Origin: the human T2T-CHM13v2.0 reference genome, Homo sapiens
Direction of reading: 5' to 3'
DNA: 64,000 bases
NCBI GenBank assembly: GCA_009914755.4
Contig: CP068257.2
Span: 5,664,001 to 5,728,000 of the forward strand
Part shown: positions 31,933 through 44,816 of the stretch, in pieces
Layout: each line of letters opens with the position of its first letter
How positions within the stretch are numbered: the stretch's first letter is position 1
Position numbers and translations under genes: made by a program
Notes under the pieces: generated by a model
Databases searched by the model: none
Seen by the model: only the letters and a program-made list of their open reading frames with translations
Told to the model about the DNA's origin: nothing

Positions 31933-33344
31933 CTGAGGGAGGAGACGCCCTGAGCACCAGATCCGGTCCTTGGTGAGGATCCCAGGAGGCCCAGCTGCTG
32001 AAGGCCTTGGTCAACACCTGAGCAACCAGAAATAGTTGAATGCCGGGCCTGAGCTCTGACTGTGCAAGTTCTGCTCTCTCACTGGGTTTATCCTGGGCTT
32101 TTGGGCATTCTCCTTGGTGCATTGTAAGTGGGTTGTTTTCCTCAAGGGCCTTCTATGGGCTGCTGGGAAGGTCCCTTAGTGGCAGTTCCCACGCCCCAGG
32201 CCTCAAGAGTCATCACTGCTGCTCACTCAGTGCACCCAGGAACGTTGGCCTGCCCCTGGCCTCTGGACAGCCCCCGAGGACCCAAACTCTGGGGGCCCAG
32301 ATGCCCGCCCAGGCTGCCCCTCAGGGCTCTGTGTTGGGAAAGACCATCCTCACACCAAGAACAGGAGGAAGACCCTGTGTTTCTTCTTACTGCCTGGCCA
32401 GTTTAATTTTCTGTGTGTAGGAACAAGCCTTTTTTCCCTGTGATTGGGGTCTTTGCCGGGACCACCAGCTACCTCCTTGTGTGCCAGGGCCTGAGTCCTG
32501 CACCCCTCTGTCCCTGGGTTTGCCTCTTCCTGCACTGTCAGTGTCTCCATCACTTCGCAGGCACCCTTGTTGCAGGCAGAGGGTTTGCGGGAGCTGCAGC
32601 AGTTCTTGAGGCACTGAGAAGGTGCAGGGGGATAGGCCTGCAGAAGGGGAAGGGAGGGAGGAGGGAAGGCATGAAGGGAGGGAGGGACTCAAGGGTTCTT
32701 GCCTGAGTTTGGGGGTATGGCAGGAGACCAGCTGCCTCCACCCCACATCTTTCACAAATGTCTACAGGCCTGTAGTGGTTCTCATGGAGGCCCCAGGCTC
32801 TGAGAGCTCAGGGAATTCTCCAGAGCCAGCATCAGGGCCAGGACTGAGTTACTCTCTCACCCTATGGGGTTGCCCCATAGACAAGCTGGGCTGGATTGGG
32901 AAGTTACAGGTGACAAGGAGAAGGGGACCTGTGGGTGCAGATCTTCGTGTCCCCGGCTCTGTATAGGATGAATGGGAGCAGTGGCTCCCAGCCTATCCCA
33001 CCCTACCTGTCCACACCCACAGTGCTGGCCCAGACCTGGGTTTCCACCTCGGGAGCAACTGTCCCAATCAGGGAGGGTCTCTGGGGAGCCCAGGGTCAGG
33101 ATGACTGTGCCAGGACTCAAAGGTATTGGAGGAGGAGAGGAGAAACAGCTGCTTGGAAGTCGGGGCCTTCTGGGGCAAAACTGCCTCCTGTCACTAAGGG
33201 GCCAGATTTCGGGACTCAGGGGTCTCACGCATAGAGGGCTGGTCTCCCGTGTGCTTGCAGCAGCCACGTGGCTTGTCCACATGAACTGCCGGGGGCTCCT
33301 CCTCTCTGTGCCCACAAGTCCTGGCCACCCAAGGCTGCTGGCAC

Positions 33345-33859
33345 CTTCAGCAGCTCCGTCTCCACATGGTCACGCACAAGGTTGGTGTGCTGGTGGCACT
33401 GGCTGCACTGCATGTTGTCAGTGGCAATGGAGAAGGGCACCTCCATGGCATCCAGGGCGCGCTCCAGCCGTTGCTTCTGGGCCAGCAGCAGGTCGGTCTC
33501 CGCAGCCAGCACCTTCACCTCGCGCTGCAGCTCCGACTTCCAGCTGTGCGTGTCCTGCAGTCGCTCGCCCACCCTGCACGTGGAGTCTTGCTGTGTCGGC
33601 TGTGCCAGCGTCTGGGTCTCTGCGGCCAGCTGCTGGCTCTCGTGCCCCTGCAGCTCCCGCTCTGACTGGTTGCAGTCGGCGAAGGCCTGGTGGTAGCGAG
33701 CATAGCAGTTCTGGAACCACACCTCCAGCTGGCGGTGGCCAGGCCGGAGGACGTGTAGACGCCCGTGTTGCGGGCCACATCATACTCTTTGCAGGGCAGC
33801 TCGCAGGGCGACACTGTCTGCGGTGCCGGCTCTGGTAGGAGCACATCCGTCTGCACCAT
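33345..33859 (-). pseudogene. TEKT4P: TEKT4-like exon 1. ATG is at 33857-33859 and the donor AAG|GTGCCA follows ...VETELLK. A deletion of about 22 nt near 33722-33732 produces a frameshift.
   Basis: ORF 33515-33859(-) reads ...GLATASWRCGS and then diverges. ORF 33225-33722(-) in a different frame resumes the tektin match at WFQNCYARYHQ... Confidence 0.8.
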
Positions 33860-36800
33860 GGTGTCTGCCGCCCACCAGGGCCAGGGGAGTGAGGAGTGTG
33901 TGTGGTCAGCTTGTTGCGGTCAGCCCAGTGCAGTCATCGGTCGGCTCCAAAGGCTCAGTCCCAGAGCAGGACGTGGCTCCCAGTCGCTTGGGTGACACAG
34001 TAAACCAAGAGCTTCCTGTTGCCAAGAAACGGGATCTCTTCTCCAGTGGCTAGGGGAGGGGGCATTCAGGGCGGTGGGCAGAATTGCCCTCTTAAAGGGC
34101 CAGGCAGCCCCAGCCCCACCATCCCTGTCCCCACCTCGGGGAAATCAACAGTGGCCAAGGGTTCCTGTCACTTAGAGGATCCCAGGGCCAGCCCGTCTCC
34201 AGCCTCTGTGTCCCACCCTTAGGGTTCAGGGTGTGGGTGGGGACCTACTGCCCTGGCCCCTTCGTTGATTCATCCATTTGTTCCTGGTTTGCTCTCTGAT
34301 CCTGTCCTGTGCGGAGCTCCATGCTCAGGGTGAACAAGACAGAGGAGGCTCTGCCCACCTGCCCCCTCAGGGCAGAGGGCTGTGGTTGTTGTGTGGATGT
34401 TGGGTGTGCTGAGTGATAGTGTTACTTGATGCCGTACAGGTGGCTGCTCTCCCTGCCCTCCTGGCCCCAACAGCAGCCTGGTAGCACAGGGAGGGTCCCA
34501 GGCCAGGCCCCCTCAGGGGCAGTCTGAGGCAGTTCCTGCAGGGACTCCGCTCCATTTTCTCCTGGACCTAGTGCCTGAGAGCCAGGCCCTGGCCTCTGGC
34601 CTTCTCCTCCCAAGTCCCAGCCAGGGTCCCCTCAGGCTGGGCACAGCGGGGAGGGAGGGAGTCTGAGTGTGCTTTTCCCTGGAGAGTTGAATTCAGCCTC
34701 TGGATAAGTGTCCAGAGTCATATGCCCAAATCTGCCCCACAGGGCGGAGGCAGGTCTTGTGCTGCGGAGGCTGCCCTGAAAGCCACCCAGGGCCATGCTG
34801 CCTGGCGGAGGCTGGATGGGCAGTAAGCGCCCCAGGACACATCAGCATCCCCCAAACCTGGGGCCAGGGGAGCCCCAGCCTAGGCGCGATTCCCCACGCA
34901 GCCAGCGAAGGGCGGCTTTGGCCTGGCGGTGAGAAGCCTGCGGCTCCTGGCTCGGCCTCCCCTCCACCTGCCTGGCGCATGCACTCCTGGGGACCCCAGC
35001 CCCTCCGGCCTCCTCTTCCCTGAGAATCCCGCACCAGAAAGTCCTCGCTAGGAAGTCCATGCCCTTCCTACAGCACAGGCCCCTGGTCCCCTGTTCCTTC
35101 CACCTTCACCTCCTCTCCCACCACAGCCCGCACCCTCACTCCAGCCACAGGAGCCGGGGCTCCTCCTGGGCCATTCCCACCACGCCGCCCAGGTCTCTCC
35201 AGCACAACCATGTGCCGGCCAGTGCCCTCCTCCTGGACCTGACCTCCCCCGGTCCTGACCTCTCCCGTGGCCAGAACCCTCAGTCCATGCTGCTGTCACC
35301 ACGGTGCGCCTGGCCTGACACAGCCTCCTGATGGGGCTTTGAGGACAGCAGCCGGGAGACTTACCCCAACCCAGGCCGAGCCAGAACCTATTGCAGGTGG
35401 CCTGGGAACCTCTTCTCACTGTCCGTCAAGATTGGGAGGTCAGCGGACCTTCAGGGACTGGTGTGGTCTGAGAAACATCCTTGAGCCTCGCCATGACTCA
35501 GTTTCCCCAGATGGCAGCAGGCTGGAGCCCATGCAGGGCAGGATGCCAGGCTCCACCTTTTGTCTGGAACCTGCATTCACTGGGCACCTCTCTGTAGGCA
35601 TAGCAGAGCAGAGCTCCCTGTTTCTGTCCCTGATCTGCAGCCCCAGGAGCCCGAGAGACCACCTAAGCCAAGGAGAAGGCCTCTGGGCCAGAGCCCAGCT
35701 CTGCGAAGTGGGAGACCTCTCAGCCTCCACTTCCAGGTGCCCTGAAGTCGTTGGCAGGGGGTGCTGCCTACTTGGGGCTCCCAGACTAAGGGAACACATT
35801 CACCTGGTGACCACAATAGGCCCTGCAGGCTGAGGCACAGGATTTGACCAAGGACGCATCAGAGTTAGGGGACTGGGCCCTGACTCCTGCCAGCTGCAAA
35901 CTCCCAAAGCCCCCAGCCCTTTCATGGGGTGAAGACACCCTGAAGGACACTCCAGTGTGCTCCCACCTCTGGGTTCTGCCAGCCAGAGAGTGGGACTCTC
36001 AGGCCACATGTGTCTTGCTGGATCTCAGCTTCAGGGACCCAGGGTGCTGGCAGCTCTCTGAGACCTGGGTCAGGGGGTGTCCATTAGAGCACCTTGGTCA
36101 GGACCCAGAGATAGGGAGGGCAGGGCTAAGAGCACCCCAGGCAGTTGGCATCTCCAGAAAGCAGGAGGTAGGGCATGGCTCTGTGACAGATGTCCCGTGA
36201 CAGGGAGGATTGGAGGGACAGAGGGACGTGCTCAGGGGCTGAGGGGCAGACGAGGCTACCAAAGGGCACCTTGGACACTGGATGGCCCCAGGAAGGCCCC
36301 TGAACCCCATCCTGATTGATCCAGGACCAGTGTCCTTGGCCCAGACTGCAGGCCTGGGGACTCAGGTTCCTTTAGTTTCTTAAGAAACTACTATACTCCT
36401 TTTTGGCATAGCTGTACGATTTTACATTCCCACCAGTCATGTGTGAAAGCTCCAGTTTTTACTCATGCTCCCCAGCGTTTGATGTTTTATTTTTATTTTA
36501 GCTATTCTGATATATATGTGTTAGTCATTGTGGTCTTAATTTGCAAATTTCTAATGACTAATGATATTTAACATCTTTTCCTGTTCATAATTAAATACCA
36601 TCTGTATTCCTTTTCACATATCATTAGCACAAATGTGAAATATCAGAACAAAATTTTTCACACAACTTCAAAATTTTTAGAGCAATACTCAAGGGAAAAG
36701 GTGTTTATTTAGAACAATGAAAACAATGAGACATTAACTTCCAGCTTAAATAAAGTTGATTGTGTGCATAAAAATGGTGAAAATATTGGACTTTCTTGGC

Positions 36801-38144
36801 AAAAGAAGAAAGGAGAAGACTTTATATTTTCTGACATAATATTCATCATTTGTCTTTGGTTTGTGTATTATGTGTATGATTTTGAAAAAATGCATCAAAG
36901 ATATAACTTTCTGGTGTTTGCTTTGATATTATCCTTGCAAACAGAAAAGTTGGCACATGTTTCTGTATAAAACTGGTCAAAGTTGGCCTAGGAATGATCT
37001 TACATTGTACTTTCACTTTACATCATACTGTAAGAGTTTAATAATAGCTAAGGCATCAGCATTGATGTGGACTTATTATACCTATTCAAGAGGTGGTGTG
37101 AGGTTTAGGAGAGTTATGTGCCCTTTATCATAAAACAAATCTATGAAGCATTTATATAAAAACCCAGTATTTCTGGTTTCAAATTCAGTACTGTGCCGTC
37201 TGCTTGATAGATTTGTTCACAGGTTAGAGACATTTTATTGCATAACTTCCATGAAATATCACAGTTGTACTCTTGACTATGTTTGAATCACAAAAGACTT
37301 TAATCTGCACTCAGTTCTTGTAACTAAAATCTTCAGTTTGAATATGAATTTCACTTAAAGAACATCCCTAGAAATTACAGAGAGAAAAAGACTTTACTTG
37401 CAGAATACAATCTGCATTTGCTTTGACAACTAGTTAGTTCACATATGTAAAATAAGTCTACCTGTCTGTATGCATAATTAAGATGTAACAGTAGTGTGGT
37501 AATGACTTGTTAAAGCAATTCGAATGGCAGTGGATCATGGCACAATTTACCTTAAAAGCCATGAGCAGAATACATCACAAGCTATGATACAATGAATAGT
37601 CATTAGGTTTAAAGTAGTATCCACATATAAAAACACAAAGCATATTTTAGCTCTTTAAATGAAAGCTTCATTCAGTCAATATTGGTCTTCCTGTAGATGC
37701 ATTTATGAAACAAAACCACAAAACATACAGCTTACCCGCTTCTCAAAACTCATTGCACAATAGGTTGAGGGACTTCTCTACACCAGGACCTATTATTAAA
37801 ACCAGTAAGTCCTCAGTGAAAATCATTTATATGCCCGGAGTGTCATCTGATGTGTCTGTTGTAGGCAGCTGTGGCAGTGGTGGGTGGTTTAGTGACACGG
37901 ACCCTGCCCACGTCTGTCCGTCCATCAGTGGGCTAGTGTCTCTCTGGCTGCACCTGAGAAGGGTCTATAGGAGTTAACAGCATTAGCATGGGATTCAAAA
38001 GAAATCATCTTGGATTCAAACTTCCATTTCAGTATTCATTTCCAGCTAAGTTTGTGTAGCATGCTTAATGTTTCTGAAGCTCAATTTTAGTAATGGTAAA
38101 GTATATCTGCCTAAAAGACAGGGACACATCCCAGTTTTGTGTTT

Positions 38145-38462
38145 TTTTATTTGTATTTTATTGTATTTTTCTTGAGACGGAGTTTTGCTCTTGCTGCCCA
38201 GGCTGGAGTACAATGGTGCAATCTCGGCTTACCACAACCTCCGCCTCCTGGGTTCAAGGGACTCTCCTGCTTCAGCATTCTGAGTAAATGGAATTACAGG
38301 TGCCCGCCACCACGCCCAGCTAATTTTTTGTATTTTTAATAGAGACGGGTTTCACCATGTTGGCCAGGCTGGTCTTGAACCTCTGACCTCAGATGATCCA
38401 CCCACCTCAGATGATAATCCCGCCAAGTGCTGGGATTACAGGTGTGAGCCACCATGCCCGGC
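38145..38462 (-). mobile_element. Alu, full length, minus orientation.
   Basis: Poly-T, then GAGACGGAGTTTTGCTCTTGCTGCCCAGGCTGGAGTACAATGG...GGCCGGGCATGGTGGCTCACACCTGTAATCCCAGCACTTGGCGGGATTATCATCTGAGG..., the Alu reverse complement. Confidence 0.9.
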
Positions 38463-38491
38463 CTTATCCTCAAAAAAGAATTTATCAAAAT

Positions 38492-38496
<5 letters not shown>

Positions 38497-38522
<26 letters not shown>

Positions 38523-38523
38523 A
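38497..38523. repeat. (GT)n microsatellite.
   Basis: Direct read. Confidence 0.9.
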
Positions 38524-38603
38524 TGTTTTAAGTAGAGTAATACTATATTAAAATGCCACTATATATGTTCTAACAAAAAACCTCAATTTAACAAATGTAT
38601 GTG

Positions 38604-38666
38604 GGGAGAGGGAGAGAGGGAGAGAGAGAGAAGGAGGGAGGCAGAGAGAGAGAGAAGAGAGAGATA
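38604..38666. repeat. GA-rich (GGGAGAGA)n-like simple repeat.
   Basis: Direct read. Confidence 0.85.
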
Positions 38667-41299
38667 TGTATCTCTGGTGTCTCTTTCTTTTTGGATGATG
38701 ACCCCAGTCCTAACAGATTAGGGCCTTACCCTTTTGCCCCTATTTAACCTTTAACTTCTTAAAAGCTCCTTTTCCAAATACAGTCACACTGGGAGATAGG
38801 GCTTCAGGTTAGGAATTCTGGGGGGACATAATTCTCTCCAGAACAGACACTAATAACATGAGTGCTCAGATTGCTAGTGAATATGTTCTTGTTACAATTA
38901 TTTTCACCTTGCAGTTTTAAATAATGAATACTTGGATAAAAAATACCCACTGTATTCTAATTTTTTCAACACTTCTTACTTGCATGGATTCTAAACAGAA
39001 GTCCAATGTAATTCTTATGTCTGTTTCTCTGTAGACAATGTGTTTCTTCCTCTGCCTTATTTTAATATTTTATCTTTGTTACAGGTTTTCTACGGTTTGA
39101 ATATGATATTCCTAGGTATATTTTTAAAATATTCATCCTGCTTGGTGTTCTCTGAGCTTTTTGGATTTGTAATTTGGTGTCTGTCATTAATTTGTGTTTT
39201 TTTCCTAGTTAAAAAAATGAACTTTATAGATTTTACATTCTCAACTTTCACTTATTTTCAAAATGAGAGACAAGACACCTAAACTCCAAGATTTCAGTCC
39301 TGAATGCAATAGTACCAGATTTTCAAGTTACATAAGTGAACTGCATAAACATCACTAGTTTCAAGTGTACCCTATAAGAAACACATGGACATACTTGCGT
39401 TGTTTAACCACACGGTGTCATATCAATAAACATCAAAGTATCTGACATATATTTGTCCATTAAAAGTAAACACAACTCTGAGTATCAAATTAAATTAATC
39501 ATTTGCCTTTTATAATCTAAATCAGAAATTGAAAAACAGGAACATTGTAGAGGTAAGTGGCTAAAAATGCTCTGCTTACTGCACACAAGCACATCATGAC
39601 AAAGAATGCTAGAAGTAGCTTTCCTCAGAAGTAATAATTGAACATTTAAAATATTATTTTCTCAGAAAAGTTAAAGCTTTTAGTGTAAAAGGCATGATAA
39701 ATGACATTTTAACTTAATAGTTAACTATATAGCTAATTATAGATTTCAAGCAATTAGTTACCCACATTTCACCAGAACCTTCAGTGAAAGTGTCTACTCT
39801 CAACATTGACCAGAACCTTCCTGTTCTGAAGTGTCTACTCTTTAGAGTTGCTTCAGCTTTACATATCTGTAAAACCTAAGATTACTCAATGAGAAGTTAC
39901 ACCTTATTCTGTACTAGATACACATAATATATATAGATTTAGAACAAATGGATGTTTTTCAACTTCAAAAAAAGTATTTTAATTTACACAATGTTAGTTT
40001 GTTTTTCACCCATGTGTATACATAACAGTGTTTCCCAAATTCACAGGGTCCATTTCCATAATTCTAAAGCAAAAATAGAGGCACACAAATGGATAATAAT
40101 TCATAGTTTTATGCCTTTTTTTTAACCTATCTTTAAAGAAATTCAGTTGCCATGTAGACAAAGATGTGATGAACCTGTAACACATTTCTATGACTTGGAA
40201 AATTAAAGGTCTAAAAATCCTAAATGTAGTAGCTCTGGGCAGTTTGCAATTTGTGCATGGGTTCACTCACCCTATGGTCCGTGAACTCCCTTATCCTGCA
40301 AGCTGTAGGTACTTTCAGCAAATATGAGACTCAATAAGACTAAGGAAGGGCTTGTTTAAATTAGTTCCCCTCACAGTTGATTCTAATCTTGCAATGAACA
40401 GATTTAATGTACTAGTGAGTTAAATTTTAAAGTAATTATAAAGCCATTTACTCTATCATAAATGAATGAAATGTAAGAATCACACTTAAAACAAGTCTTT
40501 CATTTTAATGAATGGTATCTTTCATTTATATACGAGGAATTCACTTGCCAGCAGCATTTAAATATAGGAATAGTCTCGTCTTTTCTCTAGTGCCTTTTAT
40601 AAAGCAGTGCGATTTCTAACTAGGTGTATTTGTTTCCCAGCTATTCAGTAACTACACTATAGGTATCTAATAGATTCAAGAAAAGATTGGAAAATTGAGA
40701 AGATTTAGCATTTTAAACATTTGAAAAATGTTGCTACAAAGCATAGATTATGAATGCATTAGTAAAATAAATTGACACCTTATGTGAGAATCATTAAGTT
40801 GGTTTAATTATATCACAGAAGTATGGGCTCACTAATATTTATACCAATTTATGCTAATTAAACCAGAAAGTTTCTGTAGGTAATTCAGCTCTGAGCACCA
40901 TTTAATAGGGTTATGCCAAACAGAACCAATGGTTATATAATACCCAGAATATAAACCTCAGCAAATTCATACTTTTGGAATGGCAACACAAGTGAGAATG
41001 AGAGGCAATATTTCATTTCAAAGTACCATAGGCTGCTAAGAGTGTTCTTTTCTTTTAAAAATTTGTGTGGTTGTTAGTAATGTACCTTAACACTGGTCCT
41101 CCTTGACAGCGGTGTTAGAGATGGTTAGGTAGAACCTATATTACGGAAGTCAGCCTTGCCCATTTCTTTAGTTCAGTGATTAAAATTGAAATTACTTTTA
41201 CAAAACAATTGAACTGCTGCTTACAATATAAATAGAATACCAACAGGATTCCTGTTGTATTCACATTATTCTCTAATTAGTATTTTTACATTTCCACTC

Positions 41300-42050
41300 T
41301 GACCTGACCTTCAGTAGTTCCTTTATTTTTATTTTCAAGCATTTTTGTGAGTATATAATAAGCATATATATTTATGGGGTGCATGAGATGTTTTGATACA
41401 GGCATGCAGCATGAACTAATCACATCATGGAGAGTGGGTATCCATCCCTTTAAGCATGTTTCCTTTGTGTTACAATCCAATTAGATTCTTTTAGTTATTT
41501 TTAAATGTACAATTATTGACTAGAGTCCCCCTGTTGTGCTATCAAATAGTATGTCTTATTCATTCCTTCTGCCTATTTTTGTACCCATTACCCGTGCCCT
41601 GTCTCCCCCCATCAGCCCCCTAGTACTTACTATGTCCATGAGTTCAATTGTTTTGATTTTTAGATCCCACAAATAAGTGAGAACATGCAATGTCTGCCTT
41701 TCCGTGCTTGGCTTATTTCCCTTAACATAATGATATCCAGTTCCTTCCATGTTGTTGCAAATGACTGAATCTCATTCTTTTTTAGGGCTGAATAATACTC
41801 CACTGTGTGTATCTACCACATTTTCTTTAATACATTAATCTGTTGATGGACACTTAGGTTGCTTCCAAATCTTAGCTATTGTCAACAGTGGTGCAACCAA
41901 CATGGGAGTGCAGATAATTTCTTCGATATACTCATTTCTTATTTCTGGGGTATATATCCAACAGTGGGATTGCTGGATCATGTGGCACCTCTATTTTCAG
42001 TGTTTAGAGGAACCTCCAAACTGTTCTCCACCATGGCTGTACCAGTAGTA
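41300..42050 (-). mobile_element. Old L1 3' fragment, antisense.
   Basis: ...GGCTGAATAATACTCCACTGTGTGTATCTACCACATTTTCTTTAATACATTAATCTGTTGATGGACACTTAGGTTGCTTCCAAATCTTAGCTATTGTCAACAGTGGTGCAACCAACATGGGAGTGCAG... matches antisense L1. Confidence 0.75.
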
Positions 42051-42364
42051 CCTTAAAATGCAAATGCAATTGGTAAAAGAACAAGGCAGCGTGTAGTGCT
42101 TTCACTTACAAATACTACCAGTTTTGTAACAATTTGCATTTTTTTTGTCCTTGAAAGGGTAACCACTTACTTAATAAAACGGATATTTAAAAGCACAATA
42201 TTCCTTCCTTTGCATGGCATGCAGGAATGGTGAAAGCAAAGAAACAGTCATCCCTTCTCCCCCCCACTTCTGGTCTCCCAAAATAGGAATGCCAGGTCAG
42301 ACAGGTGGAGGAGGGAAATGGGGCACTGGTCAAGGTATGATGAATCTCTTAAAAAGAAATCCGG

Positions 42365-42668
42365 CCAGGCGCAGTGGCTCACGCCTGTAATCCCAGCACT
42401 TTGGGAGGCAGAGGCGGGCGGATCACTAGGTCAGGAATCAAGACCATCCTGGAGAACACGGTGAAACACCGTCTCTACTAAAAATACAAAAAAATTAGCC
42501 GTGTGTGGTGGCGGACGCCTGTAGTCCCAGCTACTGGGAGGCTGGGGCTGGAGAATGGCATAAACCCGAGGGGCGGAGCTTGCAGTGAGCGGAGATGGCG
42601 CCACTGCATTCCAGCCTGGGCGACAGAGTGAGACACCTTCCCCCCACTGCCAAAAAAAAAAAAAAAAT
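42365..42668 (+). mobile_element. Alu, full length, plus orientation, with a long A-tail.
   Basis: GGCCAGGCGCAGTGGCTCACGCCTGTAATCCCAGCACTTTGGGAGGC... Confidence 0.9.
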
Positions 42669-43304
42669 ACAGCTTTCCCCAGAATGCTAGCCTGATAGGA
42701 ACTCCACCCCATCCATTCCAACCTAGTAAGGATAGTTTAGTTTGTCTTTTCTGGTCTCACTTCATTACATCTAGTGTTCTTTTTTTGTTTCTGTTATTAA
42801 ATTTCAGAAGACAAACCCTAGCATTTTCTAAAAGAAATTATTTTTTACCTAAATACATTGGACTTTGGTCTTAATTTGAAGGAATAGGATAAGTGGACTT
42901 TAAGAGAGCGTTCCTACTCCTTCTCTTCCAGTGGCTGCTCTGGGTCCTTGAAAGAGGGTGTGATGTGAACCATCTGGGTTGTGAAGTGGATTTTGTTGAG
43001 CCTGTGTTTTTTAAGTCCATTAGTCCTGCCCGACGCTGTGCACCCTGGAATCCTTGGCTTCACGTCTGGACCACCTTCAGCCAAGTGGTGATGGTGGAGA
43101 GGGTCCCCCCATCTTCCAGGACGTGTGAGAGTTTGTAGGTGGTGAGATGGAGGGGGAAGCTTTTAAATCTTCCAGTACCCACCCCCGCTGCTGGGGGTGC
43201 TCTCCCCATCGTCCTTGTCCAGGACTCCCATCAGGGTCTCAATCTCTTCTGTGATGCTCTGACTCACATGCTGGGAGGCCCTTTCCCCAATGTAGTCCCT
43301 GATG

Positions 43305-44036
43305 TCAACATCGGCGTCCTATGTCCCCACTAGCAGCTTCACCATCTCCAAGGTAAATGGCTGCCAAGTGCAGGGCGGTGTAGCTCTGGCCTTGCTGTTC
43401 CCAGGCAGCAGAGGCTCGTTGGGGAAGTTGACCAACATGGCCAGAAGCTCCAGCCTGCAGTGCTAGGTGCCTGCGCAGGCAGGTGAGGCTGTGATGAAGC
43501 CCAGAGTGGCCAGCAGGCTGGCTGGCACGGGGGCAACCCCCTAAGCTGTCCACTCCCCATCGGAGGCCGAGAGCAGCCAGCCGTGCTCCCTGGTCCAGCT
43601 CACCCAGCCCCACAGCTCTCCTCTGCGGACGGGAAAGCCAGTGCTGCGCCGCCAGAGTCCCTCGCCTCTGCGGTGTCCTCGGAGGAGGAGCTCCCAGGCT
43701 GCTGCCTCCAGGACACAGGTTCCTCTTCAAGGGCAGGACACTGCGCCTTCCCAAGTCGCTCAAGTTCTGGAGGAATGGCCTCGGGGTGGTAGCCCCCCAG
43801 GAGCCGCCCCTGTCCGCCTCCTGGCAACCGTTGGGCGGGGGCTCCAGGTCCTTGCTGGTCTGAGGTCCCGCATCTGGGGTAGGGGCTGGTGGAGCCAGCG
43901 AGCTCTTCCTGCGTCCCCGCCGCTCAGGGCGGCCCGTGCAGGGGCTGGGCTCCCCCTTGCCCAGCTCGGCCCTGCCTGTGGAGCACCTCGGGGACCGCTG
44001 TTTCAGGGAGGGGATGGTGAATGCTGCGCTCCGCAT
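43305..44036 (-). other. Unassigned 243-aa ORF in a CpG-rich island. It has no recognisable domain and is probably compositional, or the 5' end of an unannotated transcript.
   Basis: GC-rich. Pro/Arg/Gly/Ala-rich translation. No match to a known protein that I can recall. Confidence 0.15.
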
Positions 44037-44815
44037 TCACATGGACGCGGGACAGGTCTCAGGGGCGCGGCCTCAGGCGGAGGCCCCGCCAGAACCTCTT
44101 CCTGAGACGCAGGTACTGGGCGCCATCGACGGGGTCCGTGCAGTGGCCACAGCGTTCACCCGGAGATACATTTAAACAGTTTTATTCTCCTGTTTTTTAT
44201 TTTTTCATTCCAGAAACCATTACTACTATGCAACAAAGTAAAAATATCTAGTTTAAATAATAATTTGATACGGTCAGGTGGGGATGAGTGCACACGTGTA
44301 TGTACACACAAACGCAGGCTCTAAATGGGATATTTTGGCGGAGCAGAGGGATAAGGCTTTTATTTCGTTGGTGTGTTGAGTTAGAATCGCCCTTCTCACA
44401 ATTAAATAATTTAAATCAGGAGTTTTATTAAAGCTAATTTGTACAACTAGGCAATATCTTTTCTCCATATATTTATACACATGTACACATCTCTAATATT
44501 TGCATTTATTACTTCATCTAAAAGAGCTTGGAAAAAGGGTCCTAGGTCTTGGCTAGTTAAGGTAAAAATCTATATTTTAAGGTAATAAAAACGTTTGCTA
44601 TGGACAGAGACATGCAGACTCTGTGGCTGAAGCTGATTCATGTTCCATTGAAGGAAATGACATGGGGTTTTCTAAGGGAAAGCCCAGCAAGCTGCAAGGA
44701 GAGGGGAGGTCCCAGGAGGGAATTGGAGTCAGCATTAGGATCTAAGTGTCACAGGGGAGTGTGTTCCCAAAAAAGACTGTGACTGTTTCTGTGTCCATCC
44801 TGAACTGGTTACCAT

Positions 44816-44816
<1 letters not shown>

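Larger units (their letters stand above)
28665..33859 (-). pseudogene. TEKT4P: Tektin-4 (TEKT4) paralog with a complete six-exon layout but multiple disabling lesions. It is an unprocessed (duplicated) pseudogene.
   Basis: Exon-wise translations match tektin-4: MVQTDVLLPEPAPQTVSPCELPCKEYDVARNTG..., ...WFQNCYARYHQAFAD...VRDHVETELLK, EAEPIRNIKELLKRAIVQAVSQ, LNREHTEICEMDWSDKVEAYNLDETFGRHHSQSTEVQAHP, ...SASTPETRTKFTQDNLCHAQRERL...VLVDCILRDTSEDLGLQCDAVNLAFGRRCEELEDARHKLQHHLHK, LREITDQEHNVVALKEAIKDKEEPLHIAQTRL*, and ...LVSEVEELYKSITALREKLLQAEQSLRNLKDIHMSLEKDVTAMTNSLFIDRQKCMAHRTCYPTILQLAGYQ*. Confidence 0.85.
24000..36300. other. GC-rich, CpG-dense block of about 12 kb that contains the TEKT4-like locus. 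It is dense in overlapping ORFs on both strands, which are compositional artefacts.
   Basis: Base composition is read by eye. No ORF outside the tektin exons matches a protein I recognise. Confidence 0.6.

Noticed and set aside
32972-33838. 288-aa plus-strand ORF overlapping TEKT4-like exon 1.
   Set aside because: It is antisense to the genuine tektin reading frame in very GC-rich DNA. It has no homology. GC-rich sequence statistically lacks stop codons.
28665-33859. Annotating the tektin locus as an intact CDS (TEKT4).
   Set aside because: There is an in-frame TAG in exon 5 and frame-shifting indels in exons 1 and 3, and the exon 2/3 and 5/6 junctions cannot be joined in frame. The six-frame track itself splits exon 1 into two different frames. 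I call it a pseudogene.
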